A DNA stretch of 64,000 nucleotides from Camelus ferus (taxonomy: Eukaryota): NCBI RefSeq assembly GCF_009834535.1, contig NC_045697.1, positions 42,224,001-42,288,000 on the forward strand, written 5' to 3'. Below the pieces are notes generated by a model, which worked only from the letters and a program-made list of their open reading frames with translations, was not told the origin of the DNA and did no database searches. Of this stretch, positions 13,213-25,700 are shown piece by piece; positions within the stretch are counted from its first letter, which is position 1; the number at the start of each line of letters is the position of its first letter. The translations under genes were made by a program, and so were the position numbers.

Positions 13213-13917
13213 TATCTTATCAATCTTCCAGTCCAAGACATTCTGTCATCTCTTTCTCTTTACTGGCATTTAGGCTCCTTTGGTTTAGCTCCTCAACACA
13301 TCCCGCCCACCCAGTATAATAGTCTCCCCACATGCATCCTGTCACACATACACATCCAAGATTTTCTCTGTATTAGTGCCCTGCTGACAATTTTTGATAA
13401 AGCCTCTCTTTTAAGAATCTACCCCCACTGTATATAGATATATTTATATACATAAAATATTTTTAGGATCTTCATTGATGTATTAAATATTTCTACATCC
13501 TAATTTAACTCTTGGTTTAACAGTGATGATAAATACTCTTCTCTTTACTTATTCTCAGCTCCAAAGGTTGAGAACCACTGCAAAAGGAAATCCATACCTA
13601 AATACCACAGAAAGCTGCTAAGTCACATCGATGAATGTGATAAGAAATGATTAAAACCTATTCTTCGAGAATTAGAGATCACTCAACTCTAGTTACGGAA
13701 AGGCTAGAATTCATCTGGAATTTGGAGAGTGCTGTAAGGAAACCCTGCCTTCCAGGGAGATACTTCTGTCTCACAAGCCAATCAATAGGTGCTTTAAGGA
13801 TATCAGTCAGATAGCTAAGCAGGTATTTAGGAATTTAGAGAAATTAAGGACTAGAATGAGATGCTGAAGTCATATGAACCCAAGACAGAAGAGAGATGGA
13901 GAAAGAATATGCATATA

Positions 13918-13919
<2 letters not shown>

Positions 13920-13956
<37 letters not shown>

Positions 13957-13966
13957 GAGAGAGAGA
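13920..13966 (+). repeat. (TG)16 followed by short (GA)n
   Basis: Seen directly. Confidence 0.95.
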
Positions 13967-16559
13967 CGGGGGTGGGGGACATTAAAGTGAACTAGAGAGA
14001 GAAGGTCGCCCTAGGTGTGACCTGCATTTTCACTTATAATGGGAGTGACAGTGAATAGACATATGGACCAGATGGGAGGAAGCTGGCCTGGAAACATCTT
14101 GAAATGGTCTCCACTCAAAAGATCTAAAGTAATCCTGCAGAGGAGTAGATTTCTAGGAATCTGAAGGGCGAAGGAAGGGTGTAGCAAGTGGCCTGCTGAA
14201 GGGAGAGAGAGAAGTATTCTCATGTGCAGATAAAGGTTCTGAGAGGAGGAATCTCCAAGAAAACCTCAAAAGCACCTCATGACAAGAGTCCACAGGGCCT
14301 CAAAGGGTCCCAAAGCCAGATCACAAGTGTACTCCTCACACCTCCTTCCTTGGTCCACTCTAACCCTGGCGCGTGGAGATGCAGAGGAGAAGAAAGAAAA
14401 GATCACAGAACAGAAAGGATGCTTCTGCCCTCCATCCTCCTATCCTGAAGAAGACCCAATCCAGGGGAAAAGAGAGCTTTAACTTTAAATGACAGTATCT
14501 TTTTATTATTATTATTATTGCAGGGACTTGGCATCATAACTCCTAAAATGATACTATAGTTGTCCCTAAAAGGAATCAGAAAAGCAATGAGACCTGTACA
14601 AAATGTCATCCAGCGGCAGGAAAGGAACCAGCCTACAGAGTGGTTTAAAAGTTAGAGAAACAATACCGTTTCTTTCCAATGCATCCTATCAAACTGAGCA
14701 CAATCTAACGGCTTTATTATTTATAAGGTCCATAGCAAGCAAAAACATAAGCTTTAGTGCTTCCTTCTCAATGGGCCCTACATCAGAGACCACTGCCCCA
14801 CTGACTCTGTGGTTGATTTTCTAGGCTGTACTGATCAAGTTACTGCCCAGCGTATAATCCTGGATGTGGTCCCATTCAAGCCTGTCGTTGAAATCTAACT
14901 TTACAATAGGCACATGCAAGCTCTGCGTGATTTTCCGGCCTCCTCTGTCTAACCGCTTACACTCAGGATTTACCAAATGCACGCAGGTCCCTGCACAGGA
15001 CGTGAAAGACATCCTTCTACAGCTCTGCTCATGTCATTCCACTGAACTCCTCTTTTTCTCCCCCTTCCACACTTTCTATTTCTACTAAACGCTTAGTTCA
15101 GATGTTGCTTTCCCCAGCCTCTCTGCCTCTAGCATCATGTATAGAACCTGACTCCAGTAGGTCCTTAATAGATAACTATTGACTGAGTGAAAGTTACAAG
15201 GATAAAATGTGGCTGATAATTATTTCTCCTTACACTACAGCTTCTACAAAATGTTTCAGCTTCTATTACAAAGATAAGCCATATAGATTTGGGGTTTCTC
15301 TGTTTTTGTCATCTTATTTTTCAAGAAGCTCAATAAAGTATTTTTTGTGGAACTCAGTACATGTATGATGATTGCTCTGAGTCTGGGCTGACAGAATTTG
15401 ATGATTGAAATATACCAAAGAGTTTTTCTTATAATCTAGAAGATCCAATGAAGCTGTTCCTGAACTCCTAAATCTAGGCATGTTACATCTAAGTAACTAG
15501 ACCTCACAAGAGGTTTCTTCTTTGGTCTTTGTTTTAGTTGTTTTTTTAAATTCCTGGGTTAAAAAAAAAAAAATGAAGCTCCCTTTGGCACTGACTTGCC
15601 AGCACCTTTTAAGACAAATTTTACCCAGCAGGAATGCATTGAGGACAAGAGCTTGTTTTCAGACACACTGCCTGTGGGATGGTTTATTTTCAGCCATGAT
15701 ACTATACAATATTAGCAGGTTGTTATTCATAGAGGCTTGATTAATATGCTTTTGTTCCTGACAGCATCAAAGCACCAGCCCACTCATTTCTTCCCACCTC
15801 TTTCCTCAGCCTCATTTCACATACGAGTTTTGGCACATCACATATTGCAAAGACCTGATGCAGTGTTCTCTCAGCCTCTGTGAGGCTTTACTCTGAGCAC
15901 AGACCTTTTTTACTCAGTGAATGGATGATGTGTCACTTCAAAATATTTGTAGACTGTTTTCGCAATTTATCTAAAGCAAGAAGAAGCTCTGCAGGCTATC
16001 AGTGATAAAATTGAAAAGAAAAGTGAATTTTATTAGCAAAGAGTTGATAAAGTCCAATATCTCATGGGGAAAAGAGCAGGCTGGAGTAAATGGCTTCAAG
16101 ATGCTCAGCTTCTCTTCTCAAGGCAGAGGCTCTGGTGTATTTTGCCTAAGAACCACATTTCTTTTTCATCAGCCAAATACTCATCACTTAACTGTCAGCA
16201 TTCAAAAATTAACAAATTTCATTCCATTTTACTACTATTACAAGGAATGAAAATAAAGCAAATATAATAATTTCATGAAATGGGCAGCAACATAGTTTAG
16301 TTAATTGTAATGCTTAATGATTATCAAGGTAGAATGAGGGGATCCCTTTAAAACATAACTGCTCAAAGTAGGAATTTTTATAAATATAGCATTTAGAGAC
16401 TTGCAAATACTAACATTTTTTTTCCCGAGAATTGTGCATATGGGAGTCTGGCCTAATGGAAAACATATTTACAGAATATTTATAGCTGTGTTCATTACAG
16501 TGGTATTTGTAACCATTTAAAGATACATATGTAGGCTATAATATCCAGTTAGTAATGTT

Positions 16560-16720
16560 TTGAAGCGAAGTAAACAAGAACTGTACGCTGAGTACTGCTT
16601 TAAGTGTTTTGTGTCTATAGACCTACTTAATCCTACTACACGGTGACACAGCTTGTCAGGGGCAGGTATGAGTTTTGGATGCAGAGGTCCTGGCCCCACT
16701 GCCGCTGCACTTCACCACCA
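16560..16720 (-). mobile_element. MIR fragment
   Basis: gagtactgctttaagtgttttgtgtctatagacctacttaatcct. Confidence 0.5.
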
Positions 16721-16726
16721 CACACA

Positions 16727-17030
16727 TGTATCAGTTTGTTAGAGCTGCCATAACAAAGCACCACAAACTGGATGGTGTAAGAGAAATGTGTTGTCTCAGA
16801 GGGCCTGAGGTTAGAAGTGTGAAATCAAAGTGGTGCCAGAGTTGGTTCTTTCTGAGGCCATGAAGGGGATCTTCCATGCCTCTCCCCTAGTGTCCGGTAG
16901 TTTGCTGGCAATCTTCCGTAGCCCTTGGTTCATAGAAGCTTAAGCCCGATCTCTGTCTTCCTCTTCCATGGCATTTTCCTGGGTCCATATCTGTGTCTAA
17001 TCTTCCTTTTGTCCGGGGAGGACACCAGTC
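16727..17030 (-). mobile_element. MLT1C-like MaLR LTR (partial)
   Basis: tgtatcagtttgttagagctgccataacaaagcaccacaaactgg. Confidence 0.8.
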
Positions 17031-17277
17031 TCTCCTCCGTGGTCTCCAAAGTAGGGAGAATGCACTGCAGGTGTTCTGTAAAGTGATACATCCCCTGAGG
17101 GTGTAAGGACAACACAAAGACTGCTCTTAACATCTGGATCCTGCTATTTCACCTGTGGGGCAGCACCCTCACCTCGCTCAGCGTACAGCCAGGCGTGCGC
17201 ACGAGTCAGGTGCGGTGCTGAAGTGTCCTCTGGAAACAGCGGGACAGTTGCAGGCTGGAAGAGGGGACCATGGAACC

Positions 17278-17682
17278 TGCATAAGCTTCCCAGGGCCGTC
17301 ATAACAAATCACCATGGAGGCCATGGTTTAGAACAACAGAAATTTATTCTTTCACAGTTTTGGGGTCCAAAAAGCAAGATATCAGCATGTCTGTAGGGGA
17401 GAATCCTTCTGTGTTTCTCCTTTCTGGTGGCAACTGGCAAGATTTGGCATTCCTTGGCTTGGAGATGAGTGACTCCAATCTTGGCTTCTGACTACCCATG
17501 GCCTTCTCCCCTGTGTCTTCTTTTCTATCTCCTATAAGATAAACACTTTAGGACTTAGGACCCACCTAATCCAACATATCTCATCTCTAGATATTTATTT
17601 TAATAACATCTACAAAAGCCCTATTCTGAAGGTCCAGGTGGACATTTATTTTGGGGGAGGGCCACCAGTGAACCCACCATAT
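17278..17682 (-). mobile_element. MLT1C-like MaLR LTR
   Basis: ccagggccgtcataacaaatcacc...aacaacagaaatttattctttcacag...gaacccaccata. Confidence 0.8.
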
Positions 17683-19645
17683 GGCCCTAAAGCATTATCT
17701 TGCTTTCAGTATGCATGTGCATGGTTAGGTGGATTCCTAGAACATATTATGTAGTTTAAACAAGTTAATCTTCACAAATTGACAAGTGGATCAACCTTTT
17801 CAGGTTAAAAAAAACCCAACAGATTGAACATAATAAGGATCATAGAAGCCCACAAGAAAAACAAGAAAATAGAAAGGCTGACCCTTCTATCCTTTGTATA
17901 AGTTCTTTATTAACCATATAAAACTGCAGGACACAATCAGACCTAACACGAAGTAGATCAAAATCTTTAAAATTACCAAGAAAGTTATTTGAAATATGCA
18001 TTGACATCTACTACCATTAATGATAAATCTTACATAAATAGTGTTCCTCTAGATTTTCTTTAATGATGGTACGAAGTCATCACAATTAGTCACTCATATT
18101 AAACATTCAGAACTTGAAGACACAACTCCATAATTATTTCAGTCATGTTTAAAAGTCGTCTTAATTTTACAACATCTACTAACTTTCATGAGAGACATAA
18201 AATCACCGTTGGAAGTTCCTCACTAAGAGAAAAAAAAAATTTAAAGCCACATATTATTTAGGAAATCCTGGTTCTTCTCTTCCTTGCTAAAAATTAGCTG
18301 AAGGCAAACACACACACACTCAATATGGAGACAGAATAATGTCTGTTTATGATTAAACAGTTTTGGAAGATGCATAGAACATGCATCTGAAGACTGGAAG
18401 AAATAAGAACTGAAACAACAATCTACACGTGGGGATATTTTCTCTAAAGCTAGATGAAAGTTAAATATTTCTAATATGACTTAGTATACTGTGCCTGCTA
18501 GATTCTGTTCCAAAAATGACACATCAAAACTAACGTTTTGTGGACCATGGAATTAAATATGTACCATAAACAAGGATGAACAGAATTGCCACTTACTACA
18601 ATGAAGAAGTTTATGAGAGAAGCAGATTTGGGGGAAGTATGAGACGATTTTTGGACATATTACAATAAGAAATGCCTATCAGAAAGCCAATCAGTGATAT
18701 AAAACAGGCATTGGACTTGGATGTGTAAAATTCATAGAAGGGGTCCGAGCTTAAATTATAAATTTGTGAGAAAGTCACAAGTAGAATGTACTTAAAATCA
18801 CATGATGGGATGAGCTTACCAAGGGGACAGAGTAGAGACAGAAGAAAAATGCACTGCTGCTTCCTAAAGTACTTCCTGAAGCAGAGGAATGAGGGAAATG
18901 GGGAGGAAGCCATAAAAGGCTGAGGCGTTGTGGCCAAAAACATAGAATGCAAACTAGATATGTTTAGTGTTCTGAATGGCACGTGGAGAAATTATTTCCA
19001 GGCTGTTGACAGGACAAGGAAGATGAGGACTGAGCACTGACTATTGGCTTAACAACACTGACATCACTGAGACCTGGAGAAGGGTGCTGGGCTCGGGAGA
19101 GAATGGGAAGAGGGAAATAGTGACAGCATGCATAACAGCTCTTTCAAAGATGAGAAATGTAAATAGAAGAGCACCACGAGGGTGAATGAAGCCAGGGGTT
19201 CTTTGTGTTTTGTTTTGTCTCTTAAGACTGGAAAAATAACACATTGGCATGCCTTTGGGAGTAATCTAGCAAAGAGTGGAAACTGGCAATGTAGAAGTGA
19301 GAAAAGAGTTGCTGGGGCAATGCATTTGAGGAGGTGTAGGCAGTATGACCTGGCAGACAGATGGAGGGGTCGGCCCCAAGTAGGAGTACAGAAAGTTAAT
19401 CCAAAGGAAGGTGGCATATATGACCACAAATGCAGGTAGTAGGGAACATAGGATCATGAGGAATTTATCTTCTGATTGTTTGGATTTTTTTCAGTAAAAT
19501 GAAAAGAAGCATGGTCATCAACAGCGGGTAAGGACATGACAGGAGGAATTAGAGCCTTGAGGAAGTGGAGAAGGCATTAAGAACTCATTTGTGTAACTGA
19601 ATGGGAAATTGTAGCAGTGGATAGTTGTTGGATAGATGACAGTAA

Positions 19646-20030
19646 TGTAAAACCTTCCATCGCCCCTTCCTATTAGTTCCTCCTTACCATGCTTATCCCT
19701 GCAGGAGGATTATAATTCTCACCCCGTTAATATTAAGTTTAGCCAAATGACTTCCTCTGGCCAATGGAATATAAGCAGAGGGGGCATGAACCACTTCAGA
19801 AGAAAAGCTTTAAGAAATGTCACATGCTTCTACTGTCACTTCTTTCCTTCTGCCATGAACTCAGCAGCACCCCCAAGAAGGAGCCGCTCCATGAGCCTGG
19901 TTCCCAGAGTACAGAGTCAAAGGTGACCCACAGTGTGCATTTATATGAGAAACAAACCTTTACCGCGTTTCCTACTGAGACTTTGAGATTGGTACCACAG
20001 CATAACTAGACAAAATTGTCTGCCACGGGC
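19646..20030 (+). mobile_element. Old MLT1 (H/I/J-type) LTR inside L2
   Basis: atgacttcctctggccaatggaatataagcaga...ggtaccacagcataactag. Confidence 0.75.
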
Positions 20031-20459
20031 AGAATTAAGGCCCACGTGAAATTACTATCATGAATATACAGTAACAGCCTATTGTCATGGCTGTGGATTT
20101 ATCACCAGCCACATTCATCTGCACAGGGGCAGGCAAAGTATCTTTGTAGAATTGGATTTAAACAGGGTTGTGAGTCACCAAATTGTACAAAAAGAAGTAA
20201 GAAACTGGCAAGGGATTTGCAAGTGTTACAAAGAAGTACTTATTATAATTAACCATGAAATTTAAGGGAGAAATAAGAAATTAAGGGCACTGAAGAAGAG
20301 TCAAAAGGTAATAGGGAAACAGATTGAAGGTCTTAGTTGGGAGTCAAAGGATTTTCAGAGGTGAATTACTGGAGAGAGTGAAGTGAAAAGAGGATGCGTT
20401 CAGAGCATAGCGTGCTACCTCTATGGAAGAATGGTTGTTTCTGGTGACAAGGTCTAGAG

Positions 20460-20731
20460 CAGTGCTACTCAAAGCAGCGTCAAAGCCAGTCCATGAGCCT
20501 CATATGGGTCCACATCGAGATAGTCGCAGAAATGGGGAATAAAAAGTAGAAAATTTGACAATTTGACAGCGTCATGACATTTGATCATGAGTTTGCATCT
20601 ACAATTTTTTTACTGATTTATTTTTATTTCATTTTTCCTAAAGCATCAGACTATGATAAATTAGATATTACAAAACAAGAACAATAGTACAGAAAGGGGG
20701 TTTCATCCTCCCAGACAGTTTGATAAATTTG
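20460..20731. mobile_element. MER5C-like hAT-Charlie element
   Basis: Starts cagtgctactcaaag directly after a gtctagag target site. Confidence 0.6.
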
Positions 20732-20738
20732 GTCAGTG

Positions 20739-21238
20739 CAGCAGTTGTCAACTTTTTGGTTTCTGGTCCCCTTTACACTCTTATAATTATTGATGGCAAA
20801 AATATTTTTACATAGATTGTATCTATTAATATTTACTGTATTAGAAATTAAAACAGGAATTTTTAAAGTATCCATTTAATTCAATTAAAATATAATAAAC
20901 CCATTAATTATTAACATGAATATTTTTATAAAAAATAATTATGTCTTCCAAAACAAAAAAATTAATGAGAAGAGTGGCATTGTTTTACACTTTTGCAAAT
21001 CTCCCTAATATCTGCCTGAATAGCAGACAGCTAGATTCTTGAATATGGTTCTATATTCAACCTCTTATGATATTACATCATGTAGCCTCTGAAAAATATT
21101 GTATATCCGTGAGAGAATGAGAGCGAAAAATGCAAATAACATCTTAGCAATATTATGCAAATAGTTTTTAACCCATGAGCCCCTAGAAAGTGTCTTGGGC
21201 ACCTTAGGGTACATTGGACCACACTTTGAGAACTGCTG
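20739..21238. mobile_element. Charlie1b-like hAT element
   Basis: TIRs cagcagttgtcaa.../...tttgagaactgctg; internal gagaagagtggcattgttttacacttttgcaaatctc. Confidence 0.85.
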
Positions 21239-22405
21239 TCCTAGGGTATAGACAATAGAATGAGTATCTAAGGCAGAATGTAAGACAAAAGTCATTGGAG
21301 GGAAGAAGTTCAAAAACTGAGAGGCCACAATATTGGAAATCACAATAATTATAGCAGGAATTGTCTTAAAGAGAATGGCAGAGTGTAGAAGAGCTCAAAA
21401 TATACAAAGCACAGGTGGGAGTAAAGGAGAAAAGGGGTCAGCTTTCCTGGATGACAGCTCATATATGAGTAGTGCCTGGTAGAGTCTTCCTTTGGAAGTT
21501 ACAAAATTTGAACAAAGCCATTAAGAGGATGTGTTCAGCTTAAAAAAAAAAATCAGGAAAACTAGTTAATTCAACTCTTTACAGAGCATTTAATGTGACA
21601 ATGCCAAAAGAGATCCAGTGATTAAAATGCTTTTGTTTCTCTCCTTGGTGTGATTTCTGCTCATTTATATTTAATTGATAGTTATTAATTATGACTTTGT
21701 TATCAGCAGATCTGGATGATGCTAGCTAGCCATGGTTTTCACTTTTTTACACTCTGTAAATCTTCTCCTATGGTACAACAGGCCAAGAAAATAAGCATTA
21801 CGGTCCTTCAAGAAACAGTCAATAGTTTATAAAATCTAGACAGTGATGGACATGTCTGGTTTTATTCTCTGCCAACCATTAGTAGCAAAGGTCAAAACAG
21901 AACAGTAAGTCAACTGAAACGTCAAATGAGCTCACATCTCTCTTTTTAGACAAATGAGGCCCATGCTCCCAGGAATGTGCAGCTCAGAAATCAAAACATC
22001 TTTGGCTGAGCTACCGGAGCAGAGAATTGGGAATTTCGAGCAGACTTAAATGCCACATTTAGGAAGGTTTAAAATAAATCAGATCTAAATCCCAGACCCA
22101 AATTAAAAGGCAGTTACTCTTGTTGGGTTTTGGCATTTCTAAAAAGACCTTAGGGCAGAGGAGGGAGGAATGAATAGGGACCAGGACAAGAAAACAGAGT
22201 CCAGGGACCTTCTAGTTTCACCACTGAAAACACTATTTAACAGAATAGAAATGGTTTGTCAAGGCGACATTCACATTCCCAGAGTAAATTTTCATTCCCA
22301 TCATTGAGCATGAAGAATTAGAAAGTACATGAAGCAGAGAATTATAAATGTTCCCAGGTGAAAAATAAGAAGCACTTGACAGTATTGGTATTATTTAATA
22401 CTCAC

Positions 22406-22458
22406 TGAACACCAGAAGGGGGCCGGGCATCGCCCAGAACAAGGCAGTAACATGCCAT
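22406..22458 (-). CDS. Candidate first coding exon (A) of an unidentified spliced gene: MACYCLVLGDARPPSGV+CA
   Basis: ATG at 22458 (actttATGG) with an in-frame TAA upstream (22495-22497). Donor TTCA/gtgagtat at 22405. Locally GC/CpG-rich and not recognisably repeat. Ends in phase 2, matching exon B. Confidence 0.45.
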
Positions 22459-23253
22459 AAAGTCCTGCAAACGGCTGTGGTGAGCCCGAAGCCCTTATGT
22501 TTCCTCGGTAATGCTATCTGTCAGCATGGATTAAGTAGCAATTTAAATTCTAGGCCATTGTTTGGGAATGCTTCGTTACACTTCTAGGACCACAGCACTG
22601 TCATGAAGCCAACTCAGCAACTGCTTGATTGCTGGTGCACCTATCAGGATATCCTCACTTTGGTTCACGACACCTGCACTCCATGTACCAGAAGCAGCAG
22701 AAAAGCTCAAGTCACAAGTTAACAAATTTGCAAGTCAGTCTACCACTTCTTCCCTTCTGCCCAACCTGCAGTATTTTCAAGGGGTGTAAAAAAGTTGTTT
22801 CTTATATTAAAAGAAGTGACAGAAAAAAGAGCAGATGCATAAATGTTTGTCGGAGAAGAAATCAAACGCATTTACCTTTATTCCATCCCCATTCCTTACA
22901 TACTCATCCGGACCCCAGATATGCCATGCAATGTTGACTCTTCTTTCCCCGGCAAAATCAAGAGGAACATTTAAAGCACTGCGTGCTCCTTGTTTCTCTA
23001 GGCACCAGGACTCAGGAAACGTGAGGATGGTAAGGCACAATTTAGAGAGCTTCGCACAGGGAGGATCAAATGATGGGTCAAAAAACCTTAAAGGAAATCA
23101 TGCATTTAAACACCACCATAGCTAGTATCACAGTTGTAAAAAGGAAAAACAAAAAGAGTAATGAAATAAGCTTAAGATGCCTTTCTAGACTCCAGAGAAA
23201 TACAGAAAATGCCAGATGTGTCATTTCTGTGTGACGATGGACCCATCAAAAAT

Positions 23254-23269
23254 GAGGCGGGGAGTTTCC
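23254..23269. promoter_or_regulatory. GC-box-like GAGGCGGGG overlapping NF-kB-consensus GGGAGTTTCC
   Basis: Direct motif match about 0.8 kb upstream (minus sense) of the exon A ATG. Motif only, no functional evidence. Confidence 0.25.
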
Positions 23270-24400
23270 TGTCACTAGTGCTACCTCTTTCCCCAGAACT
23301 AACATAGTTCATCTACAATATGGCATGCCTCTTTTAAACAGTGCTTCAAAAAAAGCACACTAAAAGCCTTTTACCCACTATGCTCTTCTCAGTCCGTAAT
23401 ATACTGTTTTTTAATGTATAATTCTAATAGCATTTTCCAGTTTATCCCTTCTTAAGTCTTAAGCTGAAGTTCTGTGACTGGATTGCTGACTACTGACGCA
23501 CTCTAAGAAGGTACCATACTGTTTTGGTGAATGCCCAACTACTGATATCAAGTTTATATTAAGCCCCATTCACGTTACCTTCAGCACTGCTTTAATACGG
23601 GTCTAACTGTGGAAGAATTTTCATATGAACATAGATTTTCTGTTATGTTTCATCCTATTTAATGAGTTTGTATCTGTTAATGACTGTTCACACCCAAGAT
23701 CAATTTGTTTATTTCATTTATGTCACATTCAAAATGATACAGATTTAGTTCAGACTCTGATCATAAATTTTAGATAATGCTACTAATTTAGGTATTTTAG
23801 GTGATGCTACTAATTCACAAGCTAGCCTACTTCAAATTAATTTCTTCAGGGATGTAGATAATGTACTATGTCAACCTGGACCAAAAAAAAAGTCATGACA
23901 AGGGAAATAATAGAGTTTAAGAAAAGACGAGTACCAAAGACAATCACTTCAAGCACATTGTCTCATCCAGATAACCTACCCCATGTTTAAACAGATGATA
24001 TATGTCTAAAATGGATTGTTTGATGTTATAGTTAAGCAAAGGAATAAAGCAAAGAGTAATTCAGCCCTGTAGTCAGCAGTCAGCCAGAATGCTTTTGTGT
24101 CTAGAAAGCTCTCAATGTGGCAGAAATAATGAGTTTTGTGGCTTTTTGAATTTTTTTTCAAAGAACATTCATATCTATTATTTCATTCTCATCACTACTT
24201 TATAAAGTCAATACAACAGATACTTTCATCATATCTGATAAAAGAAATTGAGGCAAAGATTTGTCCAAAGTCAAATTTAGGTAAAAAAATCAAAAGCAAG
24301 AACTTAGTTCTCCTGGTCCCTTGATGTGAGAAGTTGGGATAAGGTCATTTCCTGACCCCTAGCAATGGAGGGGGGAAATATACTCAGGAGTGTTCCACGA

Positions 24401-24628
24401 CAGCCTCTCTCAACACCACTGACATCTTGGGCAGGACTGTTCTCTGATGTGGGCAAGAGGGTGGGGAGGGAGGCTGTCCTGTACATTGTAGGACGTTTAG
24501 CAGCATCCCTGTCCTCCCCCCACTAGGTAGAAGTAACACCTCCCTCCCAGTTGTGAAAACCATAAACGTTTCCAGACGTTGCCAAATGCCCCCTGGGGGG
24601 CAAAACTGCCCCCAGCTGAGAACCACTG
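24401..24628 (-). mobile_element. MER20 hAT-Charlie element
   Basis: ccagacgttgccaaatgccccctggggggcaaaactgcc...gagaaccactg followed by atctagag. Confidence 0.9.
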
Positions 24629-25479
24629 ATCTAGAGACAACTTCAAAGAAGTCACATGACTCCCCTGCTCTTAGTAGCCAAGGGAGATGACTGGTTTGGA
24701 GAGTTTACCATCTAAGGCTGTAAGAGAGGGTCTGCAAGAGATTGTTCTCAGCATAATGCCGAGTATTTGGAGCAGCAGTCTTTCCTCTACTCTTTTTCCC
24801 TCACGTCAGAAGCGAGGAATTCAATGTCGCTCACTATAAGGTTGCTGGTACACAACAGTCCTCACCCAATGTGACTCTGTTGGTGAGAGAAATCAGCTTG
24901 TGTCTTGAGGGTGCTGAGCCCCCGGGCTAGCCAGCTGAGCACTGAAGTTCCCAACTGCAGTGTGTGAGCATGGAGGCCATGCCCTGCACAAGAGCCCCCG
25001 GTTGAGACAGCAAATAAGGACCGAGTACAAGCCACGCTCCCAAGTCAAGGTATGAGATCTGGCCCAGTGATACAGCTCTCAAAGAAAGAGTTAGGTCATT
25101 TTATTTTTCCTGTTTCAACTGGAAAAAAATGTTTTCCAACTTAAATAGCAATGGAGTTGAGTTTTTTCCAATTAACTTAAAGGCACCATTTGGGCTACTA
25201 GTTCTACTGGTACATGGTCAAAGGATGAGCAAAGAGAAGGATTGAGAAATCAAGATTCCAGGAAAATTTCAATACTACCTCCAACTGGCATGAATAGCAC
25301 CGTGGATTCAACGATGTCCCTGGCAAAGTCAACTTCAGATACACTGGTATATGGTGTACCTGCCGGGCATTGTGACTCCTGCAGCAAGAGGCTGTGCGGC
25401 GAACTGACTGGGGTAAAGGCATGTGAATGAAAGGGGTCTAGTACAAACTGAAGAGAATTATGAGGAGTGAACTCTCTAC

Positions 25480-25700
25480 CCTGAGCTACTTGAAGGACTA
25501 ACAAATGTTAGACAGAGAGGCATCAATAGCTGACAAAAATGAGGTAGTGACCTTCCCATCACTGACAGCCAACTCACCGTACACAGTCTTTTAGGAACTC
25601 TCTTCTATCTCCTGCCTCCCCAAGCAAAGGATTACACATACAGAGACTAGGGAGAGGGATGTGAGAGGCCCCTCTACTCCAAGGCATGAGAATCATAAGT
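25480..25700 (+). mobile_element. L3/CR1 3' fragment
   Basis: gaggtagtgaccttcccatcactg motif. Confidence 0.5.

Larger units (their letters stand above)
18580..21450 (-). mobile_element. Long L2 LINE remnant interrupted by MLT1 and hAT elements
   Basis: Purine-rich antisense L2 motifs (agaaatgcctatcagaaagccaatcagtgatat; agatgaggactgagcactgactattgg). Confidence 0.7.

Noticed and set aside
14821..15030. CpG-containing unique stretch with short ORFs on both strands
   Set aside because: No paired splice sites or recognisable product; it may be regulatory but nothing supports that.
22807..23040. Minus-strand ORF ...GERRVNIAWHIWGPDEY ending near a gtaagg donor
   Set aside because: Not recognised, and the exon A frame has an upstream stop; treated as possible 5'UTR instead.
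25204..25504. Overlapping ORFs including a Cys-rich HCDSCSKRLC stretch
   Set aside because: No convincing splice sites or recognised homology, and it adjoins an L3/CR1 remnant.
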